Shown here piece by piece: positions 27,654-40,709 of a DNA stretch of 64,000 nt. Each line of letters begins with the position of its first letter. Position 1 is the stretch's first letter. The notes under the pieces are model-generated. The model did not search any database and was not told where the DNA came from. It was given only the letters and a program-made list of their open reading frames with translations. A program made the position numbers and the translations under genes. Source of the DNA: Octopus sinensis (lineage: Eukaryota); assembly GCF_006345805.1 (NCBI RefSeq), contig NC_043004.1:76260001-76324000 (forward strand). The letters are read 5' to 3'.

Positions 27654-27695
27654 CCAGACTGAAGACTAGCAGTGGCTCAGAAACTAGTCTCCGGG
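27654..27695 (+). ncRNA. Minimal hammerhead ribozyme (more diverged arm)
   Basis: CCAGA CTGAAGA ctAGC agtg GCTca GAAAC ta GTC TCCGG. Confidence 0.7.
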
Positions 27696-28039
27696 TGCTG
27701 GCTTAGCTGGGTGGGAGTGCTTATCTCCCCCTTATAAACATAAGGACACAGGAAATGTGTCAAGGCCGATAGGAAGCAGTGCAGCTTCCTAGGGCTAAAT
27801 AGAAGTAGTATTATTCCCTTCATGGGACTGCCACATATATATGGGTCTTATGAATAGCAACATGTAATCCAAATAAGGACACGAAGAATGAATTTCAGCG
27901 CATTTCTGTTATTACTTACAATCGTTTCAGTACCGCCCCGTTTTTATAAAATGATTTTACGCAAAAATTTACTTGATATTTCGTTGTTGTCATGTATCGA
28001 ACGCTTTTGCTGAGCGTTGATGACACTACAACAAAAGTC

Positions 28040-28165
28040 TTCCCGATTTAACGCAAGTTCTCCCAACGGATGAAAGCCATAGCGTTACTTCGTTCTGACT
28101 TTCTCATAACATTTTCTTGACAGACATACTGAAGTGGTTTGCCACTATCTTCCCCAATTTGGTGT
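28040..28165 (-). mobile_element. RTE/Bov-A-like retroposon tail
   Basis: Reverse complement GGAAGATAGTGGCAAACCACTTCAGTATGTCTGTCAAGAAAA resembles the RTE-derived GGCAACCCACTCCAGTATTCTTGCC motif. Confidence 0.45.
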
Positions 28166-28534
28166 CCGTTGGCACACAAGAAAGTCATCTGCCCTTCGAC
28201 AGGTCTTGTTTTTAGTCCAGCTAGGTGTCCGGAGACCCTCCTCACAAGAGTAGCAAGCTACTCCAGAGGGGTAGCCGATTTAGTCGCCAACCACTCGACC
28301 ATGGAACAAGTAGCCTCTGATGAGATCCCTGACCTTGCTGTTGCTCAATATTTACGGTTAACTACATTGGAGTGGCACTTCGTCAGACTTGCATGAAAAG
28401 GTGTGCTCTTATAAGGTGCGACGAACAAGAATTTCATGTTGCTAATATAGGGAAGAAGCAGTAAGTAAATATAGGAATAAAATTGTGATACGTAACGGGC
28501 AAAACCAATAGGCTTATAATAGCAAATATAAGAA

Positions 28535-28755
28535 AGGTGGAGAGCTAGCAGAATCGTTAGCACGCCAGATGAAATATTTAGTGGCACTTCGTCCATCTTC
28601 GTGTTCAAATGCCACTGAGGTCGACTTTGCCTTTCGAGGTTGACTTTGCCTTTCGGGGTCGATAAAATAAGTACCAGTTGAGTATTGGGGGTTGATATAA
28701 CTGGTTTACACCCCTCACCCAAAATTTCTGGCCTTGTGCCAAAATTTGAAACCAA
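28535..28755 (+). mobile_element. SINE family B
   Basis: Family B motifs with an internal duplication of GAGGT(C/T)GACTTTGCCTTTCG. Confidence 0.8.
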
Positions 28756-28799
28756 TACTAAATATAAGAAAGAAAATAAGAAGTCTCTTTCTTTTCCCT

Positions 28800-29420
28800 T
28801 TTCTCAGACTGATCTTTCGTATTGTCTTTATGGTATTTGGCATATCCTGGGATAACTCTTTTTATTCGTCATGTGTTGACGCCATAATATATTCTGGTAT
28901 ACGTGCTATTCAGATTTTTTTTTTTGGGGGGGGGTCTCTGTAAATGTCCATATTGAACCATAATCTCAAATTGATTCAAATGTAACTCTAAAGAAATCTA
29001 GTTTAATTTTTCGTGGAAGTTTGGATTCTCATATCTTAACCAGTTAAGTGCCATCCATGCTTTGCTAAACCTGATTTCTATATCACTCTTAGATTTGGAG
29101 ATATGACTTTTAAGATATTTGTAGTTCTCTAATTTTGATTTATTCTTCAGTTCCCTCTTGGTTGTAAGACATATTCTGTTTTACCAGCAATGATAAATAG
29201 TCGATTTCACTGGCATTTTCTCCAGATCATGTAGGAGGACATTGGCAGCTTTCATATGATTATCGATTATTGTCAGATCGTTGGTATAATCTACATCTGT
29301 AATTTTCTTGACAGGATATCTATTACCTTTTATTCTCAGTGAGAGAGTCAAACCTAAGTGATTTTTTGAGTCCAGTGCTTTCCTTAGTAAACATTCAAGG
29401 AATATGATGAAAATAAAAGA
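28800..29420 (-). mobile_element. RTE-like LINE reverse transcriptase fragment
   Basis: RYPVKKITDVDYTNDL (degenerate YADD), ENYKYL, DIEIRFSKAWMALN. Confidence 0.7.
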
Positions 29421-31429
29421 GTCTCACACTGCTGTGTGAAGTAAATTCGCTTCATATCATTTAGTCATTGAAATAACTTCTTAGTCATTTAAAGTATCGC
29501 CAATTATATCACCTAATATTTGTTTATATATTATTGTTGCGATTGTTGCTTAACTCCAGGTCATCCCTGATAGAGCAGACCTACGATCAAACGCATTCCA
29601 ACTGTGACAACCACGTCTTTTTCGCAGGCACATGTTCACCAAACAACACATTATCCATCGTGTGTTTTTCTAATACGGTAGGGTGTAATTTGACAGAAGT
29701 TTAGCTGTTATTCTTAGCATGGTGAACGACCGCATAGAGCTTCTGTCGTTGAATCGTGTTTGTTTATGCACCCGGGAACTATTCTAAACAGAATACATTT
29801 TCATTTCATTTCGATGTGTAGGATGGAGAGATGAACCACTCCTCATTTTTCCCACCCAGTTACACAACTGAACGTATAGAACAAAACTGACATACTTTCT
29901 CCTCACACTTTTATATTATTGCTTTCAACAGCAAGTTATAATGGTCATGGACTCGTCCCACCCCCTTGAAAGTTTGCAGAAAATTGCAGAAAAGTTTAAA
30001 AGAAAAATAGATCGCTTGCTATGAATAAAAAACCAGGTGTGATCCATAGGACAAAGTCGTCACTCCTTGTACAGACAATTAAAGAGCGTGACGTCACATT
30101 TAAAATGTTGTTTTTCCTCTTTTCTCTTCCTATCGTCTGCTTTATCAATATGAAGTGGAAATGGAAGGAGGAGGAAAGGACAGAAGTCAAATATAAGAAA
30201 ACAATGTAGACGAATCAAATGTGTAGGTTTGAAGTCAACGAAAGATGTGTAGGAAGTCGGCAAGGAGAGAGTACAAATGTTACGGAGAGATGAAGAGGAG
30301 AGGATGATGGTGAATTTAAAATACATACATATGATATGAAATATAGAGGAACAAGAGGATTCAAAACGGGAGCAGAGAAGGAAACGTGAACAGAAGAACG
30401 AAAGAAAGTTAGTGAGGCAAAAGAATTTGGTTGAAAGGTTTTCGGAGAAAAAAAATAATAATATAACTTCTGTAACAAAGCAAGCATGCAGAAAATAATG
30501 GAAAGAAAGGGGAAAGGAAAAGAGCTTAGAAAAGAGAAGGACATGGAAAAAGGGATGGAGAAAAGAATGAACAAGGAGAAAGTGAAAGAGTGAAAGAGAG
30601 GGAAAAGTAGAGAAAGAGGAGGGACAGAGGGGGAGTGAGTGAGAGAGAGATGGGAGAGTAACAAAGCCGAAATAAATTTAAAGAGAATGACAGTTGCTTT
30701 GATAATTTTACAAGCCATTTCGTTTTACCAGTATCGCTGCTATTGTACGGCAACAGCTGCCAGTGATGGAACAAACCCATAGTAATATACAACTGACTGC
30801 AGTAGAACCGGTAAACATGAACATTCCAGATTAATATAAACGCTTAGGAAATTCTATCCCCGTTCCATTTCTACTTCATCTTTCCAGTTTTTTTTTTACA
30901 TTCCGACATAAAGAGTCAACTCCGCTCCCCTTGGTACATTATCACCATCACTATCATCAACATAATCCTCATCCTAAATATTACCGTTTCGAATCCTAGG
31001 ACTGATAGGGCCGGTTACCCGATTTCCATGGCGCATAAGTGACCAAGATCACAACAGTTCCACTGAACGGGGTAACATTCTGTCGCAAAGTTATTCGTTT
31101 AGAGTCAATTGGACGGGAACATCTGGAAATGAACACAATGCACTGCTTAAAAAAACACATTGCTCATCTTGCGATCGTGAGAGCAATACTCTAAACCCCA
31201 AGGCCACGATCCTTCTTTCCCACCCGAGGAATAACATACGTAAAAATACTATGGCGTAGTCACCTATCACGAAATTCACTGAATGCAGACGGCTGTTTTC
31301 ATTGATCTGTTGAATAATTATCGTTGCTCAACAAATATATACACAACTTTATTTACTAGTACTTTCTTAAAGCATAGGCTCACTGAAAAGCTGCCCAGAA
31401 GCCTCACGGTTTTTAGAAAAAGTAACTGG

Positions 31430-31715
31430 CAACGACGAGGGTTCCAGTTGATCCGATCAACGGAACAGCCTGCTCGTGAAATTAACGTGTACATGGCAGA
31501 ACACTCCACAGAAACGTGTACCCTTAGCATAGTTGTCAGGGAGATTCAGCGTGACACAGAATGCGACAAGTACAGCTCCTTTTTGCCAGCTCAATGGATT
31601 GGAACAGCGTGAAATAATGTGTCTTGCTTCAGGATGCAACGCGCCGCCTGGAATCGAACTCGCGACAGTACGATCGTGACACGATTACCCTAACCACTAA
31701 GCCATACGCCTTCAC
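31430..31715 (-). mobile_element. SINE D head joined to a tail-3 module
   Basis: tRNA-like head at 31640-31715; tail-3 sequence at 31430-31572. Confidence 0.7.
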
Positions 31716-32234
31716 AAGAGAAATAAATTAAGCAGCGGATTCACACATTATAAATAGGATCTGTCAGCAGAACAGATCGACTTGTTTGGAGTTCTGATGA
31801 AAGTTTTCGAAAGCTTTGTTCTCGGATTTTGTTCAACCAAAGCATTTAATCCATCATGCCCACCCCTTGGTTTATTTTCAAGGCTATCATCTCCTGAACG
31901 AGAGCTTTGAACCATCTCTGAACAGTTCTGATGTCAACAAAACCATTACAAAAGGCCCGGTTGATATTCCGTAGAGGTTCTGCGGCAGAGTAACATAGTT
32001 TGTACTCATACGAGAAAATCAATCAACATAATTTGGTTGTTATCATTTTCATAAGGTCTGTGGGCACGAATTTTGTAAACCAATATTGTTGAGAAAGAAA
32101 AAGAGTCAAGATTAAATGCAAGGTATACTAATTGAGTTTTTAAATAACTAAAATAACAAGTGATTAAAAATGCGACATTTCATATGAAACAACCTAATAT
32201 ATATATATATATAATAATATAAATAGTTACATAT

Positions 32235-32392
32235 ATGCGACAGGCTTCTTTTCAGTTTCCGTCTGCCAAATCCACTCACAAAGCTTTGGTCGACCCGACG
32301 CTATTGTAGAAGTCACTTGCCCTAGACGCCACGCAGAGAGACTGAACCTGGAACCATGTGCTTAGGAAATAAACCTCATACCACAGCCACTT
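32235..32392 (-). mobile_element. SINE family A head
   Basis: Similar to 1258-1418. Confidence 0.8.
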
Positions 32393-32684
32393 CAGCATTT
32401 TTTCCTGTTGAGGAAATAGCAGGAACGTAGAAATAAAGTGTTTATTACTATGTAAAAGCTAAAAGGAACGGTTTAAATATAGCATCGACGTTTCAAATGC
32501 TTGAGAGAGACGTCGAAGACCACTCAAGTGTCTGCAAATATTCGGAAAGAATAGAAAAGTTAAACAAAATCTACAGAGGGCTGCTTTGGAGTCACCCACT
32601 TAAGAAAAAGAGAGAAGGGGGAGGGATTGAAGGAGAGATAAGATAGAGAAAGAGGCTTTATGTTTACAGTTTACACTAAAGAAG

Positions 32685-32995
32685 TGGAAGAACATGGCCT
32701 AGTGGTCAGAGCAGCGAACTCGAGGTCGAGAGATTGCGAGTTCGAATCTCAGACCGGGTGATGTATGTGTTTATGAGTGAAACACCTAAGCTCCACGCGG
32801 CTCCCAGCAGAAGGTAATGGCGAACTTCTGCCGATTCTTTCACCACAACTTCCTCTCATTCTTTCCTCCTGCATCTAGTAGCTCACCTGTGACGGACTGG
32901 CGTCCCGTCCAGGTGGGGAACCTATACGCCAATGAAACCAGGAAACTGGCCCTTATGGGCCAGGCATGGCTCGAGAAGGAACAAACAACAGCAAC
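32685..32995 (+). mobile_element. SINE family C, tail type 2
   Basis: Similar to 26224-26525. Confidence 0.85.
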
Positions 32996-33212
32996 ACACT
33001 AAACAAGATATTTTAGGAGATATTTTTCTTCTCGCTTTACAGTCACGTGGTTTCGAGTTCAGTCCCACTGCACGGCACCTTGGTCAAGTGTCTTTTACGA
33101 TAGCCTTGGTCCAACCATTTCTTTGTGAGTAGATGTGGTATGCAGAAACTATGTAGAAGCCCATCGCACGCACACACATACACACCCAAATACACATATA
33201 TACATGTGTATA

Positions 33213-33439
33213 TATGAGGAGGTGTTAAGAAGTTCTTGGCTTTGGGTAAAATACAGGTAAAATACAGAAGGATCGATTAATTATGATTTTATTCAACATA
33301 TTCCCCTCTCAAATTCACAAACTTATTGCAACGGTCCTTCACTTATTCTAAGCCCTGTAAAAGAACTCGGAAGGTTGGGCCTCCAACCAGGCCTTTCACG
33401 ACTCCCTAAAAGCTCGGAACTTTTCAACACTCCTTCGTA
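33213..33439 (-). mobile_element. Mariner-derived MITE
   Basis: ~30-bp TIRs TATGAGGAGGTGTTAAGAAGTTCTTGGCTTT / AAAGCTCGGAACTTTTCAACACTCCTTCGTA with TA ends; minus strand encodes the mariner C-terminus NKFVNLRGEYVE*. Confidence 0.8.
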
Positions 33440-33599
33440 TATCTGTTCGTCTTTGTTCCCTTTCGACTGTTTGAAAACCGGTGTTGGCTTCTTTATATCC
33501 TCGAAATCCAAGGGTTCGGCAAAATAGGATAAGTACCAGGCTTGAAAAATAAATATTACGATGGATATAGTTCTATATTTAAGCTGCTGCTGCTGCTAT

Positions 33600-33642
<43 letters not shown>

Positions 33643-34359
33643 AACACAACGACGACGATGACGACGGCGGTGGCGGCGGATTTAGATGATGACGATGCAG
33701 ATGACAATAACAGCGACGACGACGACGATGATGATGGTGATGGTGATGATGACGACGACGACGACGACTACTATAATGATGATATCCGTGTCCGTTTGTA
33801 TGCTAAAACAGTTTGCAAGAAGAAGAAGAAGAAGAAGAAGAAGAAGAAGAAGAAGAAGAAACAGATGAACATCAATATCAAGAGCCAAAACGACCTTTTC
33901 TGCGGTTTATTTTTATCACCAGCCAATCGGTTTCTTTCATTTCCACTGACAAATTGGCCGACTTCTATCAAACAAGAAGTCAAAAGAGGAATGAAAACAG
34001 CAGAAAGGTCGCTGATAAAGATTTTTATTCGTGCTGATAATTCAGAAAAATCCCAAATACGGCAGCTTGCTTTTAGCAAAGTGAAGAGTGATTTGATTAA
34101 AAATAGTTTATTCACTTCAAATTATGGCAGTGACATCAGTCTCTGAATATTCTCAATAGTAACTGCAGGTCTTTCTCCTTCCGACATCTCGCATTTAAAC
34201 GTCCGTAGGCGGCAGATTTTTCTAGTTTTTTTTTTCCCTTTTTCTTTCTTTTTCTGTAACTCTTGATTCTCATCGGTTCGCAAATATTCAGTTTTTAATT
34301 TTATTTTGTAACTAGACTACACGTGACCCGATGAGTCACCAGTAGTTCAAGATTCCAAG

Positions 34360-35047
34360 AAAAAGAGGGGGAAGAGAACTGATTGGATTCGAACACAGTA
34401 TTGGAGCAGAAGAAAACAACATAGCATGGTATGTAAAAAATGCCACAGTGCCACTATTGTTGGAAGTAAGAAGGTCAGGTTTGAGTAGGATGGATTATTG
34501 CAAAGCTAAAGCACTGAATGAAACTGAAAATAGGTGGATAAAAATGCATGGTCAATTTGATAGGGATGTTGAAGATAAGATAGACAGAAAAAAGAGATGG
34601 CTATGGATAACTAAAAGTGATTTAAAACGGGAAACTGGGGATCTAATCTGTGCTGCCCAAGGGTAAGCATTAAGAACCAATTACATCAAATACAGAATAG
34701 ACAACACATCAGAAAGTGATAAGTGCAGAATTAGTGGAAAAAATGGTGAAACCGTATGGCATATTACCAGTCAATGTACACCATTAGCCCAGAAAAAATA
34801 TAAGAGATGACAATATAGCAAGGATTGCCCATTGGATATTTTGCAACAAGTATGGGCTTGACAAAACATAAACCCGAAGGCATCAACGAAAATGATCCTA
34901 TGAGATTTTATGATCCAGTGCGACCATGGGATAGAGAATAGGAAACCAGATATAGTCTTAATAGAGAAAAAAAGCAAACGATTCTGGATCATAGATATAG
35001 CATGCCCAGCTGGGTATGCGATAAGGAAGAAAGAAAAGTCGACAGAT
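34360..35047 (+). mobile_element. R4/Dong-clade LINE C-terminal fragment (zinc knuckle + restriction-like endonuclease)
   Basis: MHGQF, KSDLKRETGDLICAAQG*ALRTNY, CRISGKNGETVWHITSQC, NRKPDIVLIEKK..IIDIACP. Confidence 0.85.
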
Positions 35048-35189
35048 ATTCACTGAATATCGGACGATATTCACTACGGTGGTATTTTGACCATATAGCA
35101 CGTGGTGCTTAGATGGACAATCGAACTGGTCATGTACATACGTACATATATAAGTATGTATACGCGCATATATGTACGTATTCGTATGT

Positions 35190-35260
<71 letters not shown>

Positions 35261-35286
35261 CATCTATATGCTATATTTTGGTAGAG

Positions 35287-35341
35287 CTCACCGAGGAGAC
35301 AAAGTATATTTTTTATACAGAGTCAGAAACCCGGGTCTGGG
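35287..35341 (+). ncRNA. Minimal hammerhead ribozyme, U4C core variant
   Basis: CTCA CCGAGGA GAC..GTATA ttttt TATAC..GTC a GAAAC ccgg GTC TGGG; palindromic ACCCGGGT. Confidence 0.65.
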
Positions 35342-35493
35342 ATTATCCCGTAATTTGCTAGTTTATTTGTCGATGTGTCTTTTTCCCTTGTGCTCCATAA
35401 ATACTTGATGTGGTTTGGGAGTCAGGCTTTGACTGCCATCTCTAGCATGGTGGTATCTTAGATAGCCTCAATTATAATTCACACAATAATTGG

Positions 35494-35725
35494 AAGGCGC
35501 CGAGCTGGCGGAATCGTTAGCACGCCGGGCGAAATGCGTAGCCGTATTTCGACTGCCGTTACATTCTGAGTTCAAATTCCGCCGAGGTCGACTTTGCCTT
35601 TCATCCTTTCGGGGTCGAGTAAATAAGTACCAGTTAGGCACTGGGGTCGATGTAATCGACTTAATCCGTTTGTCTGTCCTTGTTTGTCCGCTCTGTGTTT
35701 AGCCCCTTGTGGGTAATAAAGAAAC
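35494..35725 (+). mobile_element. SINE family B, full length
   Basis: Near-consensus copy. Confidence 0.9.
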
Positions 35726-35822
35726 ATATAATTTTAACAATAGTTATTACCTATAAGGTTTTTCTTCCCATGCTGACCACTTGATATGATCATTATTTTT
35801 AAATAATTGTCTTATCCTTATA

Positions 35823-35854
<32 letters not shown>

Positions 35855-35861
35855 CACATAA

Positions 35862-35902
<41 letters not shown>

Positions 35903-35913
35903 CATACATACAT

Positions 35914-35950
<37 letters not shown>

Positions 35951-35974
35951 TATGTATGTATGTATGTATGTATA

Positions 35975-36540
35975 CCTATTCCAAGAATTCCAGGTATCAC
36001 TCCATTTTCATCACCCACCGTATCAGAAGTGGCTTCTCCAATACCAATAACCTCCTACAGATTATATCCTCGCATAACAAGCACAACAACTATATTCTTC
36101 ACGGTAAAAGTGTGTCACTAAATAACTATAATAGCATTAATAATAATAACGATAATCTCTCCTTAAATAATTGTATCAATAGTAATAGTCCTTGTAATTG
36201 TGGTCCAAATAAAACTTGTGTTCTCAACGGAAATTGCCGAATTGCAAACGTTGTTTGCCAGTGTAAAATTACTGTAGGATCTAAAGAATTCTTTTATATT
36301 GGACTTTCATCTACGGAATTAAAAGACATATTGCGAATCACCTCTCTACATTTAAATACATTCATAAAGATACTTCTACGGGTCTTAATAAACTAGTTTG
36401 GCATCTCAAATAAAGAATTTCTTTGGATTGGAAAATTTTATCAAGATCATTTCACTATGATAAAGGGAAACCTTTCTGCCCTCTTTGTACGGACAAACAA
36501 CTATTTATCCTCTTTTCCAAACATACACTAGTCAACAACT
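35975..36540 (+). mobile_element. Penelope-like (Neptune-type) linker + GIY-YIG endonuclease fragment
   Basis: IISSHNK...CNCGPNKTCVLNGNCRIANVVCQC...YIGLSSTELK, then after a frameshift RHIANHLSTF...TGLNKLVWHLK...WKILSR...CPLCTDKQLFIL. Confidence 0.85.
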
Positions 36541-36581
36541 CTTTCTCTGTTGGCAGGAAATCTTCAAATATAACTGAACAA

Positions 36582-36632
<51 letters not shown>

Positions 36633-36738
36633 AAATGGGACAAGAACGCAAAACATCCAGACAATTAGGTGATACAAAAAGGGGACAACAAAATATCCAG
36701 ATAGACGATACAAAGAAAACAAGGACGGTTCATTCAGA

Positions 36739-36780
<42 letters not shown>

Positions 36781-36802
36781 TATATATATATTATATATAT
36801 AT

Positions 36803-36845
<43 letters not shown>

Positions 36846-37148
36846 GTATGTGTGTATGTATGTATGTATGTATGTATGTATGTATGTATGTATGTGTGAG
36901 TGTGTCTGTGTATTGCTTGCAATTATTTCATTTTGCAACTATAATATACTACTAGTTATGTTAAGGGTTTATAAGTTAATATTGTGTCTTTCTTTTGTGT
37001 TAGCAGTGCGATATTCCCATTTGTATATTCAACTCTACGAATTTTCTATAGAAGTCAAAGCGAGCACTGAAAATTATGATGTTTCGTATACAGATACGTT
37101 TACATAAAGAACGCGATCGAAGATAGAAAGAATAGGTAATAGGTGTAC

Positions 37149-37185
37149 ATGCACATTTCGAGTGTTATTGCTCTTTCATCAGCAC
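37149..37185 (-). ncRNA. Degenerate hammerhead ribozyme
   Basis: Reverse complement: GTG CTGATGA aa GAG caataaca CTC GAAATGTG CAT; stem III and cleavage site decayed. Confidence 0.4.
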
Positions 37186-37462
37186 TACATCCAACCCATC
37201 GACTGTTCACGAATGCATTGTTTAAATAGCCACTAAGTTTAGCAGTGTACTTGTTAGCAATTAATATTTATGTCCCAGCTGAGAAAATATCGCATCTTAG
37301 AAGATTCGTTCGCAAACCAACAGTTTTTAGGTTTACTCTGCGATACTTTGTCGATATACACCAGCGAAAGATAGACATACTCACACACACACACAACTCA
37401 GTCATATGTTTGTGTGCGTGCGTGTATGTGTGCATGTATGTGTGTACATGTGCGTTTGTGTC

Positions 37463-37543
<81 letters not shown>

Positions 37544-37611
37544 TGTCCATGTTGGACCGCTGAACTCTACAAGTTTTTTTTCATTCTCTCTCTGTTTATT
37601 TTCTCTTATTC

Positions 37612-37647
37612 CTTTCTGTCGAAGAGCGTAGGCTCGAAACGTGAAAG
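37612..37647 (+). ncRNA. Hammerhead-like motif, A6U core variant
   Basis: CTTT CTGTCGA a GAGC gtag GCTC GAAAC GTG AAAG; lies in a repeat shared with 45915-46070. Confidence 0.5.
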
Positions 37648-37738
37648 ACTTCCATTTTTTCCCAAGCGTCAAACTAATAAACTTGCTTGTTGTTCATACT
37701 CCTGTCTTCGTCCTTTGCTTTTCTATAAATTTCAACCA

Positions 37739-38122
37739 CAAGTCGTCGTCGACTTACGATCTCTCTAACTTACGACCGATCGACTTTACGACGATTGGCG
37801 CACCACCTCCCGGCAGCAAAAACGCTTCCCCTAGGTTCGGTTATTGATAGCCATTCTGCTGGATGACTGTCCTGTCGCGGAGACATCGAGGCAACCTCGT
37901 ATTTGTTTAAAAGACGACTGCTTGTGACTCAGAAATTTTTGACTAACACCAGTATAATAGTATCATACAGAATGCTGCGTGTGGCATTTACCTGAGAATG
38001 TATTTCTTAAGAGTGTAAAAATATAAAACAAAGCTATGTAGGCCTATAGGCCGACTTACGACCAAATCGACTTACGACCAGACAGTCGGAACCAATTGTG
38101 GTCCTAAGTCGACGACGGCCTA
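37739..38122. mobile_element. pogo/Tigger-like MITE
   Basis: TIRs CAAGTCGTCGTCGACTTACGA / TCCTAAGTCGACGACGGCCTA+TA; subterminal CGACTTACGAC repeats. Confidence 0.75.
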
Positions 38123-38781
38123 TACATGTGTGTGCGCGCGTGTGCGTGTGTGTGTGTGTGTAAACGTACAACCGGCTTCAGCACAGTTTCGGTTTGTCAA
38201 ATTCCCCAGGTATTATTCAAATCGAGGTAGTGGTAGAAAACACTTGATCAAAGTACCGCACAGTGGAGTCGAACTTGTAGTTATGAAGCCAACATCTTAA
38301 ACATAACAACCACGTCTTCTTTTTTATGTTATTCTTCTTCTTCTTCTTCTTCTTCTTCTTCTTCTTCTTCTTCTTCTTCTTCTTCTTCTTCTTCTTCTTC
38401 TTTCTTCACTTCCTCCGCCTTCCCTCCTTTACTTCCCTCCCTTTCTCTCTCTCACACACACACCTGCTCTTTCATTACTAATATATAAACACAATTTATC
38501 TCCCTGAATAATACTAATACTAATACTACTACTACTACTACTACTAATAATAATAATAATAATAATAATATTAACAACAACAACAGCAACAACAACAAAC
38601 AGTAGAAGCGTTGTGTATTCTTGCGACTGAAAAAGAGATTTTTCTTTCGTCTTTATTCTTATTTATTTTATATTTAATTGGAAAGAATTTCTGATGGCAC
38701 GAGGAATCACTTTTCTTATCGAGTAATTTATATCAAGGGCAAAGTTTAGAAATTTCTTACAAATTATTTTTACATTTTCAG

Positions 38782-38805
38782 ACATCAATTACAAATTCTT
38801 CACTT
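38782..38805 (+). other. Candidate 24-nt microexon
   Basis: ttatttttacattttcag|ACATCAATTACAAATTCTTCACTT|gtatgt in non-repetitive DNA. Confidence 0.3.
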
Positions 38806-40638
38806 GTATGTATTTTTTTGGTTCGTAAATGCTCCCTGTGTATATCTCGGTCACTTTTGCTGAGTTATTGGGTTTAACTTTATCTTACACACTGGCATAT
38901 TATGTCTAAACCTACAAGTGGTTTTTTTTCTTCTTTTTTCTATATAATCAACATAAATGGCATCGACAAAACTTGGTCCAAGAATTATGTCAGTTTACTC
39001 GACAAAAACTGCTTTAAGTAAAGGAAAGAGGGGGAAAATAAGCTGAGTAAACTAGAAGCGATAGGCTTTTGGTGGTGTTTTTTTATATTAAATAGGAACA
39101 TAATAATAAATAAAAACTGAAGGTTGTATAAGGGAGAGTTACCGAACAAAGAAAAACGATAGCTAGAGCTGAAATAGGATACAACTTGTTAAACAGGATA
39201 TTAGGAAGAAAAGCCGGGTTGAAATAGAGTCTCTTTGTGGCCGAACGGTATATACCACAGTCCAAGGAAGGAAGACCACCCGAAGGTGACGGGTTCAATA
39301 CCCGCTAGAAACAACACTTCGAACACATCGAGAGGACACCTTAGTGTCAAGATCGAGGTGGAACAAGACCACATTCGGGATCGAAATTTAAGTGGAGTAG
39401 TTGCAGGGGCGGGGGGAGGAAACTTCTTTATTTTTGTCGTATGGGAAGGGATCTGTCAAATATCCACAGATAACCTCCTTGATTCTCTAGGCCCTGGAAC
39501 CATTCTACTGACTGAAACCTTCCCTCTTTCTCTTATATGCTTTGATTGATACCAGAGAACTAACACTTTAAGCCTGAAAGCAAATTTCACATCTTTTCCT
39601 TCCCTCTTTATTTCTAGAAGTACAAGGAGAGCATGGAGCCTGTGAGACAGGCAAACAGCAGTTTCCTGTCAAATCACCTCTTCATAACAGCGATTCTGAT
39701 TGTTATCTCCTCGTTTATAAGCTATTGAATTATTTATGTCACCTCTGACCGCAACTGAAACGTATATCGTATCCACTTCAATCCTGCTGTCATTCTATAT
39801 CCTTTACAAGCAACCCAAAACAGTATCAACAAGGAAGAACAGTATAGGGTGTCACAAGTGGAGCATAAACACCAGAATGTGCTGAGGCTGGGTTTTGAAG
39901 GATTACTGTAGTTTTTCCGTCGCATCCTTTAAAATCACAGTTAATCGTTTTAACAGTTTTTTAAAACATATTTTTCTCGAGCATTGGGACATATTAGGCC
40001 GCTTACTCGATCAAGATCGCAACATTCCCTCTGAACAAAAGACGGTCTGTCACAGAGTTCAAGCTCTTTAATTTTAGGTGGGGAGAGCGAGTTGATTACA
40101 TTAACCTCAGTGTTTGACTGCTGCTTATTTTACAGATCCCAGTTGGGTTTCTTTTATCGACCCGGAAAGGATGAAAGGCACAGTAGAGTTCAGTGGAATT
40201 TGAACTCAGAACGTAAAGACGGACGAAACACCTCAAAGTATTTTACTCGGTGTGCCAGATCCCCGCCTTGAATCCTTGAATAATTCTTTCAAATTTTGTC
40301 CCAACGTCAACAATTTTGGGGAGAGAGTATTTGTCGATTACGCCGACCCCCCCCCCGCCAGTTTGTACACTCAACTGGTACTTATCGAAGCGGGAAGGAC
40401 GAAAGGCAAACACAATGTAAAACATCCGAAGAAATGACCCTAAATATTTTGTTCGACGTGCTAACAATTCTACCGTTTCGGCGGCCACTTGACACAGTCT
40501 CCTGGCAGACATATGCGTCATTGTCCATAAAATGACTTGTTTAACCGTAATATTCTTGGTTAAGATGACAGTGTAAGAAACTGGTTCTTATGTACATGTA
40601 TTGTGTATTTACACCTGCATATATATATATATATAATA

Positions 40639-40709
<71 letters not shown>

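Larger units (their letters stand above)
27320..27838. mobile_element. Fold-back element, ~220 bp diverged arms each carrying an HHR
   Basis: 27320-27540 is the reverse complement of 27618-27838 (e.g. CAGTCCCATGAAGGGAATAATACTACT / AGTAGTATTATTCCCTTCATGGGACTG). Confidence 0.85.

Noticed and set aside
31789-31825. CTGATGA...GAAAGCTTT hammerhead-like string
   Set aside because: No credible stem I or stem II
39619-39642. Second 24-nt microexon candidate (tttctag|...|gtgaga)
   Set aside because: Weak donor; creates TAA if joined to the 38782 candidate; context looks transposon-derived
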